Source: Leptolyngbyaceae cyanobacterium
GTDB taxonomy: Bacteria > Cyanobacteriota > Cyanobacteriia > Phormidesmidales > Phormidesmidaceae
DNA length: 64,000 bases
Assembly: GCA_965263355.1 (NCBI GenBank)
Contig: CBDHHL010000032.1
Span: 256,001 to 320,000 of the forward strand
Reading direction: 5' to 3'
Positions 60,113-64,000 of this stretch are shown here, piece after piece. Each line of letters begins with the position of its first letter. Position 1 is the stretch's first letter. The notes beneath the pieces are model-generated. The model was not told the DNA's origin. It did no database searches and saw only the letters and a program-made list of their open reading frames with translations. The position numbers were made by a program, and so were the translations under genes.

Positions 60113-60943
60113 ATGATGACTTGCCTTAAACATTCAAGACGATCGTTTTTGAAATTTTGTAGCGGTTTTCTGCTTTCCATAACGGTGACTGCTTGTTTGT
60201 CCAATGCCCAAACTAACAAGGTTGACTCATTGGTTGTGGGATTGAGCTACGATACGCCTCCTTGGGGATTTGAGGATGAATCTGGCGAGTTAGTAGGGTT
60301 TGAAATTGATCTAGCAACGGCAATTGCGAAGTCTTTAGGGGTAGAACTGGAATTTAGGGATGTCCCCTTTATAGATTTGTTCCCTGCCGTTTCGTCTGGA
60401 CGAATTGATGTGGCAATGGCAGCAATCACAATTAACGATGAACGACTTGAAACAGTTGATTTTAGCCAACCCTACTATGACAGCGATCTGTCGTTGACAG
60501 CCAGAGCAGATGGAGATTTGAAGGTATTAGAAGATTTAGAGGGTAGGGCTGTCGCTGTGGACGGGGGGACTACTGGCGAGGCCTGGGTTGAGCAGAACCA
60601 AGAGCAATACCAAATTAGTGAGATTGTGCGATATGAAGGCAGTTCTTCGAGCGCTATGGATGATCTGGAAGCTGGACGGTTAGATGGTTATGTGATGGAT
60701 ATACCCATGGCACTTTACCACTCTAAATCACGACCTACCCTTGAGGTGGTTGAGCGCATTCAAACAGGTGAGCAATATGGTTTGATGTTTGCTAAGGGTA
60801 ATTCCCTGCGTGATGAGTTTAATGATGTTATTACCGAACTAAAGCGAGATGGCACCCTAGCTACAATTCATGAGAAGTGGTTTGGTAAAGCGCCAGGGCC
60901 AGAAACGTCTACAGTGGTCGTGATGCCGTTACCAAGTTTGTAA
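60113..60943 (+). CDS. Polar amino-acid ABC substrate-binding lipoprotein (family 3), orphan
   Basis: SRRSFL Tat-like motif, VTAC lipobox, PPWGF, GFEIDLA, DFSQPYY, KWFG. Confidence 0.9.
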   Translation: MMTCLKHSRRSFLKFCSGFLLSITVTACLSNAQTNKVDSLVVGLSYDTPPWGFEDESGELVGFEIDLATAIAKSLGVELEFRDVPFIDLFPAVSSGRIDVAMAAITINDERLETVDFSQPYYDSDLSLTARADGDLKVLEDLEGRAVAVDGGTTGEAWVEQNQEQYQISEIVRYEGSSSSAMDDLEAGRLDGYVMDIPMALYHSKSRPTLEVVERIQTGEQYGLMFAKGNSLRDEFNDVITELKRDGTLATIHEKWFGKAPGPETSTVVVMPLPSL

Positions 60944-61037
60944 GCCCGTGTGCACAGATAATTGGCATGGAAAAAATACATAAGCCGGGATGCCGGGATG
61001 GATGCGATCGCACAATCACTGGCTTGTCAGTTCGCAA

Positions 61038-61533
61038 CTATCTTAAAAAAGTATCAACAAACTGGTGTAGCTGACGTTTTGAATTATTGTAATGCACCTC
61101 ATTATTGCCATTGGGCGGATGAGCACATCGCAAGCCATAGGCCGCTGTATACACTACTGCAGCGCCTAATACTTGACGTTCTTCCTGTGAGAATGGCTGC
61201 CCCCGTTCTGTTTCATAGGTCCCAACAAATTTCAGGACCTCGTTTACACCCACTGCTTTCTTAGGCGGCCCATACGCCAATCGTGGTAAAAGCATCGGGC
61301 TGCACCACCGACAAAGCAGGGTTCCAGCCCTACCCGCAGGGAGTCCCAGTCATAAACACAGTTTAGTTTTCCCTGACGAAAGCTCATATTCTGTAATGAC
61401 CAATCGGAGTGTCCGATGACCAGGGACCCAGTTGCCCCCCGTAAAATCTGTTTTGCTTGACGAGCAAGATCGTCAATCCACTCTGCCCCTGCTGCTGTTT
61501 TTTCAAAGTCAAACAGAACATTGTGGGGTTTAT
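61038..61533 (-). pseudogene. Aminoglycoside-phosphotransferase-like kinase remnant
   Basis: GHSDWSLQNM (Brenner motif) and YDWD; frameshift near 61270; N-terminal lobe missing. Confidence 0.75.
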
Positions 61534-61641
61534 CCTGCATTATTCATGACTCTACGCTAAAAACGCCTGAATCTTTTACCTTGCAAGCGATTTAGCGATT
61601 TCATGTTTTCGACAGTGTGTTTTTATCATGAAAGCTGCAGA
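61534..61641. mobile_element. Possible miniature IS remnant/MITE
   Basis: Imperfect inverted ends CTGCATTATTCATGA / TCATGAAAGCTGCAG; truncates the kinase gene; CGCTAAAAACGCC recurs at about 61667. Confidence 0.4.
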
Positions 61642-61922
61642 CTACTTCATGACGGGGTAGGTCTTTCGCTAAAAACGCCATGTTAGGTAATCCACCCTAA
61701 ATCTTTTAGCTTGGGCTTGACTGCCTTCAAGAAAGTTTACACAGGATTCTTAGGGAATATTGCTGTAAAGTGCAACGTTCTATGAACCCCTATTTGAGCA
61801 TCAAGTGGTGAGCTACCCCTCCCAATCCCTGATTTAATGTCGTTTTCAGCATCAGCTCCCTGACGAGGGGGCAAATAAGCAGATTTTAGAATTGCTTTAA
61901 TTATGAAAATGCCCCCTAATTC

Positions 61923-63390
61923 ATGGAAACGATAGACTTCTTTACAAAGCCTCAGTCGACCACGCATCGTCAGTATGAGGCCCTCCGTGCGTTCTATGTC
62001 GAGGGCCAATCAGCCGCAGAGGTGGCAGCGGCATTTGGCTATACGGTCTCATCGTTTTATTCGCTCAATCGAGACTTTAAACAACGGCTGGAGACGTCTG
62101 AGGCGAGTGAGCAATTCTTCGCAAATCCCGTAAAAGGGCGCAAACCAAAAGACGTCACCGGTACGGTTGAGGCACTCATTATCCAGTTACGTCAACAATC
62201 TCTGTCAGTGCCTGATATCAAGGCAACCTTGGATGCACAATCCTATCGTGTTTCTGAGAGCACGATTTACACGGTACTCAAACAAGCCGGATTTGAACGA
62301 TTGCCTCGACGCTCCCGTAACCAAAGCCGTGCAGCGTTATCATCGCTAGAACTGAGTGCACCGACTAGCAAACCGCTGACGTATCTCAATGAGACATTTA
62401 GTACGCAACACAGTATCGGATTATTAGGGTTGTTACCCTATTTGCAGCAGTATGGTATTGACCAAGCGATTGTCAATTCTGATTACCCTGAAACCCAAGC
62501 CGTGAATCGATTAAGCTCTATCTTGAGTTTTGTTGCCTTGAAACTATCCAATATTCGACGCTACGGGGCCGATGATCTGTGGTGTATGGATCGGGGATTA
62601 GGGTTGTTTGCGGGGCTCAATGTACTGCCCAAAACCGCCTGGTTTTCCGCCTATTCGTATCGGGTTAGTCGGGCGATGAATCACACCTTTCTCAAAGCCT
62701 TAAACGGCATTTGGCAACAACATGGATTACTCTCAGAGAGTGCTAATCTAGATTTCACCACCCTGCCCATTGGGGAGAAGTCAGGGGAAATAATCGCTCA
62801 CGAGTCTTTTGGCGGTGTTTGACCCTGATACTGGTGATTACCTATGGCGATACCAGGCATCAGACTAAAAACAAGGTTGTCCTCGAATTTGATTTCTATC
62901 ATACTCATCATAACCATACCCTCAACTATTTGATTTTTGATAGCAAATTCACCACCTATGAACAACTTAAACAACTCGATGAACTACCCAACCCCATTAA
63001 GTTCATTACTATCCGTCGTCGAGGCAAACGAATCGTTGACGAACTCAATGCCCTTCCCAAATCTGCGTGGAAAACGACACGAGATTCCAAGTGGTTTTTC
63101 TGCAGGGCTATGGAAAGGACATTCGGCAACTCGCCATCGCTGGGACCGGGCGGATTCTATCGATTTTGACCTGTCTAGCGACCCTGGATCTGAACACATT
63201 CAATTTTTCCATCTCAACCGAATGGTGATCAATCATAATCTTTATCGCCTGCTAGGGATTTACAGGGCTAGTAGATCAATTCAGGGCGCAGGCTTTCTGA
63301 GGAGATCTCAATTTCGATGAAAAAGAAACGATCTCCTGCTGAATGCACTTGAACCGTTTCATAATTCGCAGCAGATGCTTCCTCATAGCT
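61923..63390 (+). mobile_element. Degraded transposase pseudogene
   Basis: HRQYEALRAFYVEG HTH; LNVLPKTAWFSAYSYR, NLDF, IFDSKFTTY, FITIRRR, FFHLNR and HNLYRLL spread over several frames. Confidence 0.7.
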
Positions 63391-64000
63391 CTGATAATTA
63401 GGGGCTTTTTTTCAACATGAAAATGCTGATATCGATAGCATCAAGGCACTCAATCCTTGACACCTACTATAATCTTGTTTAGCTTTCAGGAATGCCAAGT
63501 GCTGTGAAACCACTATTGATGCAAAATTGACCATTCATCATCTTTGCAAGCTCAATAGAGCAATACTTAAGCCTAGCGAGGATTTCTTTCTATGATTTGC
63601 AAATCTGGAAGGCTTACGATACCCCCATGGACACAGTCTGCAATTTCCCTGAATTTCTTGTAGATATCCTTTGGGTGATATCTGGATACAGTTTGGCCAA
63701 CCCAAGTTTGATCATTTCACCCTGATCGCAGTACTATTTCTCTACCCCGTTAAGCTAATTATTCTATCCAATTTTTTTGTCCTAAAAGTGCAGCCTAATT
63801 CTCTAAATCCTTTATCCTGAAGGCTTTTCATCCTGCATCGAATCAGTTTGCGGATATGAAGATATTACGATACTCTTGGGGTGATTGAGGGAGCACCAGT
63901 CCATATATGGATCCGATGTCTAACCGAGCCTGCAGCTTTATAAAAGCTTGTCTGGCTAAAATGGTCTGGCAAAACACGCCCTTATTGACCTTAAAGGTCT

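Larger units (their letters stand above)
152..61010. repeat. HIP1 octamer GCGATCGC dispersed throughout (cyanobacterial signature)
   Basis: More than 25 copies seen, e.g. 152, 4691, 6278, 7412, 17713, 26742, 45422, 57991, 61003. Confidence 0.95.

Noticed and set aside
63400..64000. Possible further gene or IS fragments at the window end
   Set aside because: Only short, stop-interrupted frames with no recognisable family

Overview
A 64-kb chromosomal segment from a cyanobacterium. Evidence: more than 25 HIP1 octamers (GCGATCGC), NtcA-type GTA-N8-TAC boxes, cyanobacterial dispersed palindromes and cyanobacterial-type kinases. It is probably a filamentous Leptolyngbya-like lineage, which is an inference. 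The window is dominated by organic-nitrogen scavenging modules. (1) 4.3-24.4 kb: formamidase, a PotABCD-like importer and an amidohydrolase; biuret hydrolase, triuret hydrolase and allophanate hydrolase; and a separate ABC importer with an atypical M20 hydrolase and a third, divergent BiuH/TrtA-family cysteine hydrolase. (2) 25-35.6 kb: an AprA/AsfA-like flavoprotein, ferredoxin, HEAT-repeat protein, Mrp/ApbC and an ABC importer. It is flanked by perfect NtcA boxes and contains a LysR regulator fused to a cytoplasmic paralogue of the importer's own binding protein. (3) 41-46 kb: a bacterial URC-type uracil pathway (URC1, URC4, upp) with malonate-semialdehyde dehydrogenase. (4) 52-57 kb: a decaying PhyH/glutamine-amidotransferase/ABC operon. 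Between these lie two-component systems, a toxin-antitoxin pair, many deletion-scarred gene remnants, tandem and palindromic repeats, a candidate structured RNA and a degraded transposase. No rRNA, tRNA or CRISPR array was seen. All family assignments come from motif recognition by eye; no database search was run.
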